A DNA stretch of 24,000 bases from Actinospica sp. (GCF_035552695.1 NZ_DASZKT010000180.1:4536-28535), one strand, 5' to 3'. Counted from the stretch's first letter, positions 8,466 to 16,806 are shown. The notes: generated by a model not told the origin, from the sequence alone. Program-made: numbers and translations.

Positions 8466-9839
8466 GTGTCCACAGTCATCACCCCCGATGCCGTCGATCT
8501 GACCCCGCCACTGCCGAAGCCCGTGCCCAGCCTCGCCGATCAGGTGCGCCGGGACTCCGTCGAGTTCATCCTCGCCCTCTTCGTCGACCTCGCCGGCAAG
8601 CCCTGCGCGAAGTTGGTCCCCGCCCAGGCCGTCGAGCAGTTGGAGACGGAGGGCGTCGGGTTCGCGGGGTACGCCGTGGGCGCGATCGGGCAGCAGCCCA
8701 GCGACCCGGACATCATGGCCATGCCCGACCCGGCCTCGTACACGCCGCTGCCCTTCATCCGGCCGGGGCTCGCGCTCGTGCACTGCGATCCGTGGTGCGA
8801 AGGGAAGCCGTGGCCCTACGCGCCGCGCGTGATCCTCAAGCGGGCGCTGGCGGCCGCCGCCGAGCGCGGCCTGTCGCTCTGCGTCGGTGCGGAGGTCGAG
8901 TACTTCCTGCTCAAGCGGGACGAGAACGGTGTGCTCAGCGTCGCCGATGCGCGTGACGTCGCTCAGCAGCCGTGCTATGACGCGCGCGGCGTGACGCGTA
9001 TGTACGACCACCTGACCTCGGTCTCCAAGGCCATGAACGAACTCGGCTGGGGCAACTACGCCAACGACCACGAGGACGGCAACGGACAGTTCGAGCAGAA
9101 CTTCGCCTATGCCGATGCGCTCACCACGGCCGACCGTGTCATCACTCTGCGATACCTCGTGTCAGTGCTCGCCGAACGTGCCGGGATGACCGCGACGTTC
9201 ATGCCCAAGCCGTTCACCGACCGGACCGGCACCGGCATGCACCTGCACCTGTCGCTCTGGCGCGGCGACGAGCCGGCGTTTCCCGCGACCGCCGGGGACG
9301 CGGATCCGCGCGGCTTCGGGCTCGCACCGCTCGCCTACTCGTTCATCGCCGGAATCCTCGAGCACGCGCGCGCCCTGCAGGCCGTGATCGGACCCACGGT
9401 CAACTCGTACAAGCGCACCGGCGCCGTCTCGACCCGCTCCGGCGCCACCTGGTCACCGCGCCGCGCGGGCTACGGCGGGAACGACCGAACGCACTTCATC
9501 CGCATCCCCGAGGGAAACCGCATCGAATTGCGCGGCGCGGACGGCTCGGCCAACCCGTACCTCGCCGCCGCCGCGGTGCTCACCGCGGGTCTGGACGGCA
9601 TCGTCCGCGAACTGGAGCCCGGTGCGCCCGGCTCCTCGGCCGAGAGCTGCGTCGAACTGCCGCCCACGCTGCTGCACGCGGTCGACGCGCTGTCCGCGGA
9701 CCCCGTCGTATGCGGCGCGCTCGACGCTGCCGGGGAGGGCGTGAGCAGCTACTTCGCCGACATCAAGCGGGACGAGTTCTTCGCCTGGCACGGGTCGGTC
9801 ACTCCCTGGGAGGTCGACCGTTACCTGACCGCGTTCTGA
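8466..9839 (+). CDS. Glutamine synthetase family protein (GS-like gamma-glutamyl-amide ligase; GmaS/PuuA-like)
   Basis: The start is GTG 8466 (TGGGAG upstream) or in-frame GTG 8451. The GS beta-grasp reads [19 protein letters not shown]. The catalytic-domain motifs are [31 protein letters not shown]...[18 protein letters not shown] and [41 protein letters not shown]. Confidence 0.9.
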   Translation: MSTVITPDAVDLTPPLPKPVPSLADQVRRDSVEFILALFVDLAGKPCAKLVPAQAVEQLETEGVGFAGYAVGAIGQQPSDPDIMAMPDPASYTPLPFIRPGLALVHCDPWCEGKPWPYAPRVILKRALAAAAERGLSLCVGAEVEYFLLKRDENGVLSVADARDVAQQPCYDARGVTRMYDHLTSVSKAMNELGWGNYANDHEDGNGQFEQNFAYADALTTADRVITLRYLVSVLAERAGMTATFMPKPFTDRTGTGMHLHLSLWRGDEPAFPATAGDADPRGFGLAPLAYSFIAGILEHARALQAVIGPTVNSYKRTGAVSTRSGATWSPRRAGYGGNDRTHFIRIPEGNRIELRGADGSANPYLAAAAVLTAGLDGIVRELEPGAPGSSAESCVELPPTLLHAVDALSADPVVCGALDAAGEGVSSYFADIKRDEFFAWHGSVTPWEVDRYLTAF

Positions 9840-9867
9840 TCTTCCACTCCTGATAAGGAACTCACCC

Positions 9868-10764
9868 ATGTGTGGAATCGTCGGTCTCCACCTGACCGAT
9901 CCAGACCTCGAACCCAGGCTCGGCGAGCTGATCACCGGAATGCTCGGGCAGGTCGTCGAGCGCGGTCCCGACTCGGCGGGGGTGGCCGTGTACGGAGACC
10001 CCCGGCTGACCCCGGCGGGCCACAGCGCCGTCTCGCTGCTGGACACCGGGCTGCCCGCGGCGGCGGTCGCGGAGCTCGTCGGCAAGGCGCTCGGACACGG
10101 CGCCGAAGCAGTCCAGGCGGACGAGACAGTGGTCGTCAGCGCGGCGACCGAGCCGGCGGCGCTGCTCGCCGCGATCGCCGAGACCCTGCCGGACGCGCTC
10201 GTGATCGGCTCCGGCGAGCAGTTGGCCGTGCTCAAGGGGGTCGGCAGCCCGGACCGGCTCGCCGAGTCCTTCGGCCTGGCATCGGTGCGTGGCTGGCAGG
10301 CCGTGGCGCACGCCCGGATGGCCACCGAGTCCGCCGTGACCGCCGCCGGATCGCATCCGTTCTCCGTCGGCGCGGATCAGTGCCTCGTGCACAACGGCTC
10401 GTTCGCCAACCACGCCACGGTCCGCCGCGAGCTGCGCGCCGCGGGCGTGCGCTTCGACAGCGAGAACGACTCGGAGGTCGGGGCACGCTTCGTGGCCCAG
10501 CGCCTGCTCGAAGGCTGCGATCTCGAAAAGGCGCTGCGGCTGCTGTGCGAGCGCTTCGACGGCTTCTACACGCTGCTGGTCACCACCGGGGATTCGTTCG
10601 CCGTGCTGCGCGACGCGATCGCCTGCAAGCCCGCGATCATCGCGCAGGCCGACGGGTGGGTCGCGATGGCCTCCGAGTACCGCGCGCTGGACACGCTGCC
10701 GGGCATCGAGGACGCCCGGATCTTCGAACCCGAACCCGAGGAGGTCTACCTGTGGCGGCGCTGA
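9868..10764 (+). CDS. Class II (Ntn) glutamine amidotransferase family protein (GlxB / N-methylglutamate synthase subunit A-like)
   Basis: The ATG at 9868 is preceded by AAGGAA 7 nt upstream. The protein begins MCGIVGLHL, so the catalytic Cys follows the initiator Met as in Ntn amidotransferases. It is 298 aa, with LVHNGSFANH in the core. Confidence 0.85.
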   Translation: MCGIVGLHLTDPDLEPRLGELITGMLGQVVERGPDSAGVAVYGDPRLTPAGHSAVSLLDTGLPAAAVAELVGKALGHGAEAVQADETVVVSAATEPAALLAAIAETLPDALVIGSGEQLAVLKGVGSPDRLAESFGLASVRGWQAVAHARMATESAVTAAGSHPFSVGADQCLVHNGSFANHATVRRELRAAGVRFDSENDSEVGARFVAQRLLEGCDLEKALRLLCERFDGFYTLLVTTGDSFAVLRDAIACKPAIIAQADGWVAMASEYRALDTLPGIEDARIFEPEPEEVYLWRR

Positions 10765-11462
10765 CGGAGGCGGGGGCCGCGACGCTCGTCGATCTCGCCA
10801 CCAGCTCGATCAGGGAGCTGAATCAGGCCCTGCACACGCCTGGGGTCGGGCTCGAACATCCGTCCTGGCGAGTCCACAACCCGCGCGGCCGGCACAGCAT
10901 CGCCTGCGGGCTCGACGCGGAGCTGTCCGTCGACATCGAGGGGCACGTCGGGTACTACTGCGCGGGAATGAACCAGCAGGCCACGGTCATCGTGCACGGC
11001 AACGCCGGCCCCGGGCTCGCCGAGAACATGATGTCAGGGCTCGTACGCGTGCACGGGGACGCCTCGCAGTCGGCGGGCGCGACCGGACACGGCGGCCTGC
11101 TGGTGATCGAGGGCAACGCCGCGGCCCGCTGCGGGATCTCGATGAAGGGGATCGACATCGTCGTCGGCGGCAGCATCGGGCACATGAGCGCGTTCATGGC
11201 GCAGGCGGGCCGCCTCGTCGTGTGCGGCGACGCGGGCGACGCGCTCGGCGACTCGATCTACGAGGCGCGGCTGTACGTCAAGGGCTCGGTCGCCTCGCTC
11301 GGAGCGGACTGCGTCGAGAAGCCGCTGCGCGCCGAGCACGTGGCGGAGCTCACCGAACTCATCACCGCCGCGGGCTTCGACGAGGATCCGGCCGCGTTCC
11401 GCCGCTACGGCTCGGCGCGAACCCTCTACCACTTCCAGGCCGACAAGTCCGACGCGTACTGA
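10752..11462 (+). CDS. GXGXG motif protein (GlxC / glutamate synthase C-terminal-domain-like; N-methylglutamate synthase subunit B-like)
   Basis: GTG 10752 has GAGGAGG 7 nt upstream and overlaps the preceding stop by 13 nt. The 236-aa product has repeated beta-helix Gly motifs: VHGNAGPGLAENMMSG, VHGDASQSAGATGHGGLLVIEGNAAARCG, VVGGSIGHMSAFMAQAGRLVVCGDAGDALG. The upstream 294 codons of the 530-aa track ORF are out-of-frame overlap with the amidotransferase gene. Confidence 0.85.
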   Translation: MAALTEAGAATLVDLATSSIRELNQALHTPGVGLEHPSWRVHNPRGRHSIACGLDAELSVDIEGHVGYYCAGMNQQATVIVHGNAGPGLAENMMSGLVRVHGDASQSAGATGHGGLLVIEGNAAARCGISMKGIDIVVGGSIGHMSAFMAQAGRLVVCGDAGDALGDSIYEARLYVKGSVASLGADCVEKPLRAEHVAELTELITAAGFDEDPAAFRRYGSARTLYHFQADKSDAY

Positions 11463-11477
11463 GTCACGGAGGAATCA

Positions 11478-12821
11478 GTGTCCGACCATTCCCTCGACCC
11501 GTCCTCGTCCGGCCTGCGCGAATCAGCCACCTTCGACCGCGCCACCATCGCGGCCATCCAGCGCGCCGCGGCCACCGGCGTATACGACATCCGCGGCTGG
11601 GGAGCGAAGCGGCGCGTGCCGCACTTCGACGACCTGCTGTTCCTCGGTGCGAGCATGTCGCGCTACCCGCTGGAGGGCTACCGCGAACGCTGCGGCACCG
11701 ACGTCGTGCTCGGCACCCGCAACGCCAAGCACCCGCTGCGCCTGGAGACCCCGGTGACCATCGCGGGCATGAGCTTCGGCGCGCTCTCGGCCAACGCGAA
11801 GGAGGCCCTCGGCCGCGGCGCCGGCGAGGTCGGCACATCCACCACCACGGGCGACGGCGGCATGACCCCGGAGGAGCGCGGCCAGTCCAAGCACCTGGTG
11901 TATCAGTACCTTCCGTCACGCTACGGCATGAACCCGGACGACCTGCGTAAGGCCGATGCGATCGAGATCGTGCTCGGCCAGGGCGCGAAGCCGGGCGGTG
12001 GCGGCATGCTGCTCGGACAGAAGATCACCGACCGGGTCGCGGCCATGCGTACGCTGCCGATCGGCATCGACCAGCGCAGCGCTTGTCGGCACCCGGACTG
12101 GACCGGGCCCGACGACCTGGCGATCAAGATCATCGAACTGCGCGAGATCACCGACTGGGAGAAGCCGATCTACATCAAGATCGGTGCGACCCGCACGTAC
12201 TACGACGTCAAACTCGCCGTGCACGCGGGCGCCGACGTGGTCGTGGTGGACGGCATGCAGGGTGGGACCGCGGCCACCCAGGAGGTGTTCATCGAACACG
12301 TCGGCATCCCCACGCTCGCCGCTATTCCGCAGGCGGTCCGGGCACTGCAGGAGCTCGGGGTGCACCGCGAGGTCCAGTTGATCGTCTCGGGCGGCATTCG
12401 CAACGGCGCCGACGTGGCCAAGGCGATGGCCCTGGGTGCGGACGCGGTCGCGATCGGCACGGCGGCGCTGATCGCCCTCGGCGACAACCACCCGCGCTGG
12501 CAGGCCGAGTACGCCGAACTCGGCTCGGCCGCCGGGTACTACGACGACTACCAGGAGGGCCGTGACCCGGCCGGGATCACGACACAGGACCCTGAGCTGG
12601 CCGCGCGGCTGGACCCGGTGGAGGGCGGGCGGCGCGTCGCCAACCTGCTGCGCGTGATGACGATGGAGGCGCAGACCATCGCGAGGGCCTGCGGCAAGGC
12701 GCACCTGCAGCACCTCGAGCCCGAGGATCTGGTGGCGCTGACCGTGGAGTCCGCCGCGATGGCGCGGGTGCCGCTGGCCGGAACGGATTGGATCCCGGGC
12801 CTGCGCGGAGCGGGATATTGA
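11478..12821 (+). CDS. FMN-binding glutamate synthase family protein (GlxD / N-methylglutamate synthase subunit C-like)
   Basis: GTG 11478 is preceded by ACGGAGGA. The motifs are PVTIAGMSFGALSANAKEALGRGAGEVGTSTTTGDGG, IEIVLGQGAKPGGGGMLLGQKIT and LIVSGGIRNGADVAKAMALGADAVAIGTAALIALG, which mark the GltB FMN domain. Confidence 0.9.
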   Translation: MSDHSLDPSSSGLRESATFDRATIAAIQRAAATGVYDIRGWGAKRRVPHFDDLLFLGASMSRYPLEGYRERCGTDVVLGTRNAKHPLRLETPVTIAGMSFGALSANAKEALGRGAGEVGTSTTTGDGGMTPEERGQSKHLVYQYLPSRYGMNPDDLRKADAIEIVLGQGAKPGGGGMLLGQKITDRVAAMRTLPIGIDQRSACRHPDWTGPDDLAIKIIELREITDWEKPIYIKIGATRTYYDVKLAVHAGADVVVVDGMQGGTAATQEVFIEHVGIPTLAAIPQAVRALQELGVHREVQLIVSGGIRNGADVAKAMALGADAVAIGTAALIALGDNHPRWQAEYAELGSAAGYYDDYQEGRDPAGITTQDPELAARLDPVEGGRRVANLLRVMTMEAQTIARACGKAHLQHLEPEDLVALTVESAAMARVPLAGTDWIPGLRGAGY

Positions 12822-13954
12822 GCGCCCGGCATGTCGAGGTCGAGGTCGCGGTCCTCGGCGCCGGGTTGATGGGCGCGGCGACGGCCTGGTCCCTGGCCCG
12901 CCGTGGCCGTTCGGTGGCGCTCATCGAAGCCTTCGAGATCGGTCACCGCAACGGAAGCTCATATGGCAGTGAACGTATATTCCGCCGCGCCTACCCGGAC
13001 CCCTTCTATGCGGAGCTCACCGGTCGCGCCGCCGAATGCTGGCGTGAACTCGAGCTCGACAGCGGCAGCGCACTGCTGCACATGACAGGGGCCGTGGACA
13101 CCGGCGACCCGCGCGTGCGCGACCCCCGGGTATTGGCCGCCGCGATGACCAGGGCCGGGGTCGAGCACGAGGTGCTGACGCCCGAGCGGGCGCAGGAACG
13201 CTGGCCGTTCATGCGATTCGACGGTCCGGTCATCTTCCACGCACAAGCCGGAACGCTCGATCCCGACGCCACGATCGCCGCGTGCGTGCGACGTGCGGTC
13301 GAACTCGGCGCGGTCGTTCTCGGTGGCACGCGCGTGACCGGGACGGAACTGCTGGGCTCGGGCCGAGTCCGTGTCATCAATGATCGCGTAGACCTCACCG
13401 CCGACACTCTCGTCCTCGCCGCCGGAGCGTGGCTCGCCGATCTCGTCCCTCACCTCGCCGTCTCCGCCGAAGGCCCGCTGGTGCTCCCGCCGCTGACCGT
13501 CGTCCAGAAGGAGATCTTCCACTTCCGGCAGCGCGACCCCGCCGCGCGGTGGCCCACTTTCGTGCACAAGGGCCCGGTGCAGATCTACGGCCTCCCGTCG
13601 GGCCGCGACGGGGGAGCGGAACCCGCCGTCAAGGTCGCCCGGTACGACGGCGGCCCGACGACCACGGCCTCGACGCGCGACGGTGTGATCGACCCCGTGG
13701 CCCGCGACTCCGTATGCGAGTACGTACGCACCCGGCTGCCCGGCCTCGCCCCCGAACCCGTCGCCGAGGCGAGCTGCCTGTTCACCCTCGCCCCGAACGA
13801 CGATTTCATCCTCGACCGGCACGGCCCCTACGTCATCGTCAGCCCCTGCTCCGGCCACGGCGCCAAGTTCGCCCCGCTCGTCGGTGCCTTCGCCGCGGAC
13901 CTCGCCGAACGCCGCGCCGGACCGCCCGCCCGCTTCGCCCTGCCGCGGCAATAA
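12818..13954 (+). CDS. solA: Monomeric sarcosine oxidase / N-methyl-L-tryptophan oxidase family FAD-dependent oxidoreductase
   Basis: The dinucleotide fold reads VEVAVLGAGLMGAATAWSLARRGRSVALIE. The C-terminal SPCSGHGAKFAP matches the covalent-FAD Cys motif of MSOX/MTOX enzymes. I prefer the TTG at 12818, which overlaps the upstream TGA as ATTGA and puts the GxGxxG motif about 12 residues in. The alternative is ATG 12788. The stop is a rare TAA. Confidence 0.85.
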   Translation: MSARHVEVEVAVLGAGLMGAATAWSLARRGRSVALIEAFEIGHRNGSSYGSERIFRRAYPDPFYAELTGRAAECWRELELDSGSALLHMTGAVDTGDPRVRDPRVLAAAMTRAGVEHEVLTPERAQERWPFMRFDGPVIFHAQAGTLDPDATIAACVRRAVELGAVVLGGTRVTGTELLGSGRVRVINDRVDLTADTLVLAAGAWLADLVPHLAVSAEGPLVLPPLTVVQKEIFHFRQRDPAARWPTFVHKGPVQIYGLPSGRDGGAEPAVKVARYDGGPTTTASTRDGVIDPVARDSVCEYVRTRLPGLAPEPVAEASCLFTLAPNDDFILDRHGPYVIVSPCSGHGAKFAPLVGAFAADLAERRAGPPARFALPRQ

Positions 13955-13963
13955 ACTGCGGGG

Positions 13964-14581
13964 ATGGACGAAGCACCCCTGGACGACGAGCCGCAGCTCG
14001 ACGACGAGCAGGCCCTCGAGAAGATCATCGCCATCCGGGTCCGCGAGCACCGCCGTGCGAGCGGCCTGTCCATCGGCGACATGGCCGAGCGTGTCGGGAT
14101 CTCCAAGGCGATGCTCTCCAAGATCGAGAACGCGCAGACGGCATGCAGCCTGACCACGCTCTCCCGGCTCGCACGCGGCCTCGAGGTGCCGGTCACCGCC
14201 CTGTTCCGCGGCCTCGACGACGAGCGCGAGGCCGTGTTCGTCGAGGCCGGACACGGCGCCCGCATCGTGCGCCGGGGCAGCCGGGTCGGTCATGACTACA
14301 CCCTGCTCGGCGGCCTGCGCGGCCCGCACAAGCGGATGGAGTCGCTGCTGGTCGAGCTGACCGAGTCCAGCGAGGTCTTCCCGCTCTTCCAGCATTCCGG
14401 CACCGAGCTGATCTACATGCTCGAAGGAGTGATGGTCTACGGCCACGGCGGCGCCCGCTACACCATGCGCCCCGGCGACGCGCTGCAGTTCGACGGCGAG
14501 GGCGCGCACGGCCCCGACCAGCTACTCAAGCTGCCGATCAGATTCCTGTCGATCACCGCGTACGGGGACGGGGCGCAGTAG
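13964..14581 (+). CDS. XRE-family HTH plus cupin domain transcriptional regulator (PuuR-like architecture)
   Basis: The ATG lies 9 nt after the oxidase stop. The HTH reads SGLSIGDMAERVGISKAMLSKIENAQTACSLTTLSRLARGLEVPVTALF. The C-terminal cupin reads HSGTELIYMLEGVMVYGHGGARYTMRPGDALQFDGEGAHG. Confidence 0.85.
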   Translation: MDEAPLDDEPQLDDEQALEKIIAIRVREHRRASGLSIGDMAERVGISKAMLSKIENAQTACSLTTLSRLARGLEVPVTALFRGLDDEREAVFVEAGHGARIVRRGSRVGHDYTLLGGLRGPHKRMESLLVELTESSEVFPLFQHSGTELIYMLEGVMVYGHGGARYTMRPGDALQFDGEGAHGPDQLLKLPIRFLSITAYGDGAQ

Positions 14582-14655
14582 CCGGGGCGGCGCGGCCGGC
14601 CGCGGGGCGACCTGGAACTCCGGGGCCTGATAAGCGCCCGTCGTAGCAGTGCGTT

Positions 14656-14692
14656 AACCATCCGGGCGGCAGTCGGAAACAGCCGGACGGTT
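14656..14692. promoter_or_regulatory. Imperfect inverted repeat upstream of the permease gene (operator or RNA hairpin candidate)
   Basis: AACCATCCGG (14656-14665), a 17-nt spacer, then CCGGACGGTT (14683-14692). 9 of 10 positions are complementary. It lies in the 176-nt gap between the regulator stop and the permease ATG. Confidence 0.3.
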
Positions 14693-14757
14693 CACTCCGG
14701 TGCAATGAAGTCTCCTCTAAGGAAACTTTCCGCAGCCTTCCGGAGGTGCGCCAGACC

Positions 14758-16272
14758 ATGTCCGAGATCTCCACGTCCCCCGACTCGCAGCTTGACATCG
14801 GCACCGGCGAACTGGCCCGCCACACCGACTGGAAGGGCGCCTTCGCGATCGGTCTTGCCGGGACCATCCTGGTCACCGGGATCGACCCGGCCGCCGTCCA
14901 AGGGCTCGGCGCCGCCGCGATCCCGCTCATAGCCATCCTGACCGCGATGGGCGTCGTGCTGTGCCTGATGCTCGCGGAACTCGCCGCGATGATGCCGCAC
15001 CGCACCGGCGGCCTGCCCTCCTACGCCTACGAGACCTTCAAGCCGCTCGGCCCGCGCACCGCCGCGCACGCCGGCGGGCTGTCCGCCTGGGCCTACTGGC
15101 TCGGCTGGTTCCCGGTCGCGCCGATCAACATGATCCTGGCCGCCGCGTACATCGTCGAGCTCTTCCATCTGCCCGCCGGGCACCAGCTGCAGGTCTTCGG
15201 CTCCATCGGCTCTCCGGTGGGTCTCACGACACTGATCGTCGCGGTGATCGGGATCGTCATTATGTTCGTGCCCTGCTACCTCGGCATCAGGTTCGGCGCC
15301 AGGTTCGCCGCCGTCATGGGCATCGCCTCGATGGTCCCGCTGACGCTGTTCATCCTGCTCCCGCTCGCGCGCCCGTCGAAATTCCACCTCGCCGCCGTCA
15401 CCGGATTCCACCTGCCGCACGGCGTTCACGGCGGCTTCGCGCTCTTCGTCGCGTGGGCGTTCGTGATGACCTGGTCGGTGCTCGCGATGGAGGCTGCGGC
15501 CTGCTACATCGGCGAGTGTCGTGAGCCCACCCGCGACGCGAAGATAGCGATGTCGATCGAAGGCGGCTACGGCCTGTTCACGTTCGTGCTCACCGCCGTC
15601 GTCATCGTCGGCGTGATCGGCGCGACCGCCAACGTGGACCCGCTCACCGTGTACACCCAGGTGGTGTCGACCCTCTTCGGCAGCCACGCCGAAGTGGTCC
15701 AGTATGCGCTCGGCATCCCCCTGATCATCGCCCTCGCCCTGTCCGTGCTCAACGCGATCGCCGGCTCGGCCCGCTCGCTCTACCAGGTAGCGCACGACGG
15801 GATGCTCCCGCGCTGGTTCATGAAGGTGAACCGGCACGGCACGCCGGCCCGCGCGATGGCCTTCAATGCGGTCGCGTCGATCGCAGTGCTTTTCTTCGGC
15901 TCGCCGGTGCGCATCTACGTGTTCTCCAACATGGGATACCTGTCCTCGATCGCGGTGGCACTGTTCGGCTACTTCCTGCACCGCCACTTCCGCCCCGACC
16001 TGCCGCGCCCGGTACGGCTGCCGACGTGGTCGAAGTGGGTCGCTCTCGGCATCGCGATCACCTTCGCGTTCATCTGGGCCTACGGCGGCTGGCAGAGCCC
16101 GAGGCTGGTCGTCGGGGAGAACAGCGAGCGGCTGTTCTTCCTCGGTCTCGCGATCCTGCTGGCCTACCTCCCGCTCTACTGGTGGCGGGTCTATTCGGAC
16201 CGCAGGCTCGGGCGCACCGCGAGCGAGGAATCCGGGGCCCCGGAGGTCCCGGAGTTGGCTGCCGAGGCCTAG
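14758..16272 (+). CDS. APC family amino acid/polyamine/organocation permease
   Basis: About 504 aa and highly hydrophobic, with about 12 predicted helices. An APC-type N-terminal signature reads WKGAFAIGLAGTILVTG. The start is ATG 14758 (GGAGG 11 nt upstream) or in-frame GTG 14746. Confidence 0.85.
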   Translation: MSEISTSPDSQLDIGTGELARHTDWKGAFAIGLAGTILVTGIDPAAVQGLGAAAIPLIAILTAMGVVLCLMLAELAAMMPHRTGGLPSYAYETFKPLGPRTAAHAGGLSAWAYWLGWFPVAPINMILAAAYIVELFHLPAGHQLQVFGSIGSPVGLTTLIVAVIGIVIMFVPCYLGIRFGARFAAVMGIASMVPLTLFILLPLARPSKFHLAAVTGFHLPHGVHGGFALFVAWAFVMTWSVLAMEAAACYIGECREPTRDAKIAMSIEGGYGLFTFVLTAVVIVGVIGATANVDPLTVYTQVVSTLFGSHAEVVQYALGIPLIIALALSVLNAIAGSARSLYQVAHDGMLPRWFMKVNRHGTPARAMAFNAVASIAVLFFGSPVRIYVFSNMGYLSSIAVALFGYFLHRHFRPDLPRPVRLPTWSKWVALGIAITFAFIWAYGGWQSPRLVVGENSERLFFLGLAILLAYLPLYWWRVYSDRRLGRTASEESGAPEVPELAAEA

Positions 16273-16299
16273 CCCGCCGCCCAGACAGAACGACAGAGG

Positions 16300-16806
16300 A
16301 TGTGCGACGCCATGCTACGCAGCCCGTCCGTCCCCATTCCCCTTCTTCGCCGTGCCCCGCGCCGCACCGGTCCGGCCCCGCCGCCGAGCAGTGCGCTGCT
16401 GGTCGTCTCCCAGACGTCTGCGGCGCCCTCGCCCGACGCTGTCGCCCGTGCCGTCGAGGCGGCCGACGGCAGCCCGGTCACGGTGATGACCGTGCTGCGC
16501 ATCCACGGCAGCGGCCTCGGCGTCCCGCACCCCGGACTGCTCCCGACCGCCCGTGAGCGCGAACAAGGCCGCGCGGCGATCGCCGCCGCCATCGCAGCCC
16601 TCGAAGCAAGCGGCGCCCCGGCCCATGGCGAGATCGCCATCACCCGCGCCGAAGCCCGCGCCATCGCCCGCACGGCCCGTGCCGTCGGTACCACCACCGT
16701 GATCCTCGATCTGCCCGGGCCCCACGGTCTCCGACACCTGATTGAAGGCAGCCTCGCCGCGCAACTGCGTCGCCGCCTGCGCGGTGAGGCCGTCGTGGTC
16801 CAGTGA
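16300..16806 (+). CDS. Hypothetical protein, universal stress protein (UspA)-like fold suspected
   Basis: Good G/C third-position bias, 28 nt downstream of the permease stop. The layout LLVVSQ...VTVMTVLRIH...TTTVILDLPGPHGLRHLIEGSLAAQL...VVVQ resembles the USP beta-alpha pattern and the G-x2-G-x9-G(S/T) tail. The match is weak. ATG 16312 is an alternative start. Confidence 0.45.
   Translation: MCDAMLRSPSVPIPLLRRAPRRTGPAPPPSSALLVVSQTSAAPSPDAVARAVEAADGSPVTVMTVLRIHGSGLGVPHPGLLPTAREREQGRAAIAAAIAALEASGAPAHGEIAITRAEARAIARTARAVGTTTVILDLPGPHGLRHLIEGSLAAQLRRRLRGEAVVVQ

Noticed and set aside
9870-10751. First 294 codons of the 530-aa plus-strand ORF
   Set aside because: It is an out-of-frame overlap with the amidotransferase gene and the translation is Arg-rich nonsense. 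Only the part from GTG 10752 onward has GXGXG-protein character.
12959-14509. 516-aa ORF on the minus strand
   Set aside because: It is antisense across the oxidase and the HTH-cupin regulator, both of which have clear motifs on the plus strand. It is a shadow ORF.
14641-14700. GlnR box (gTnAc-n6-GaAAc) or PhoP PHO box upstream of the permease
   Set aside because: TTAAC and GAAAC lie 22 nt apart and GTTCACTCCGG resembles one PHO direct-repeat unit. However, the partner a-sites and a second 11-nt unit are missing or mis-spaced, so neither is convincing.
14692-15987. 431-aa ORF on the minus strand
   Set aside because: It is antisense to the APC permease. It is rich in Arg/Asp/Gly/His with no hydrophobic or enzymatic pattern, whereas the plus-strand frame gives a coherent 12-helix transporter.
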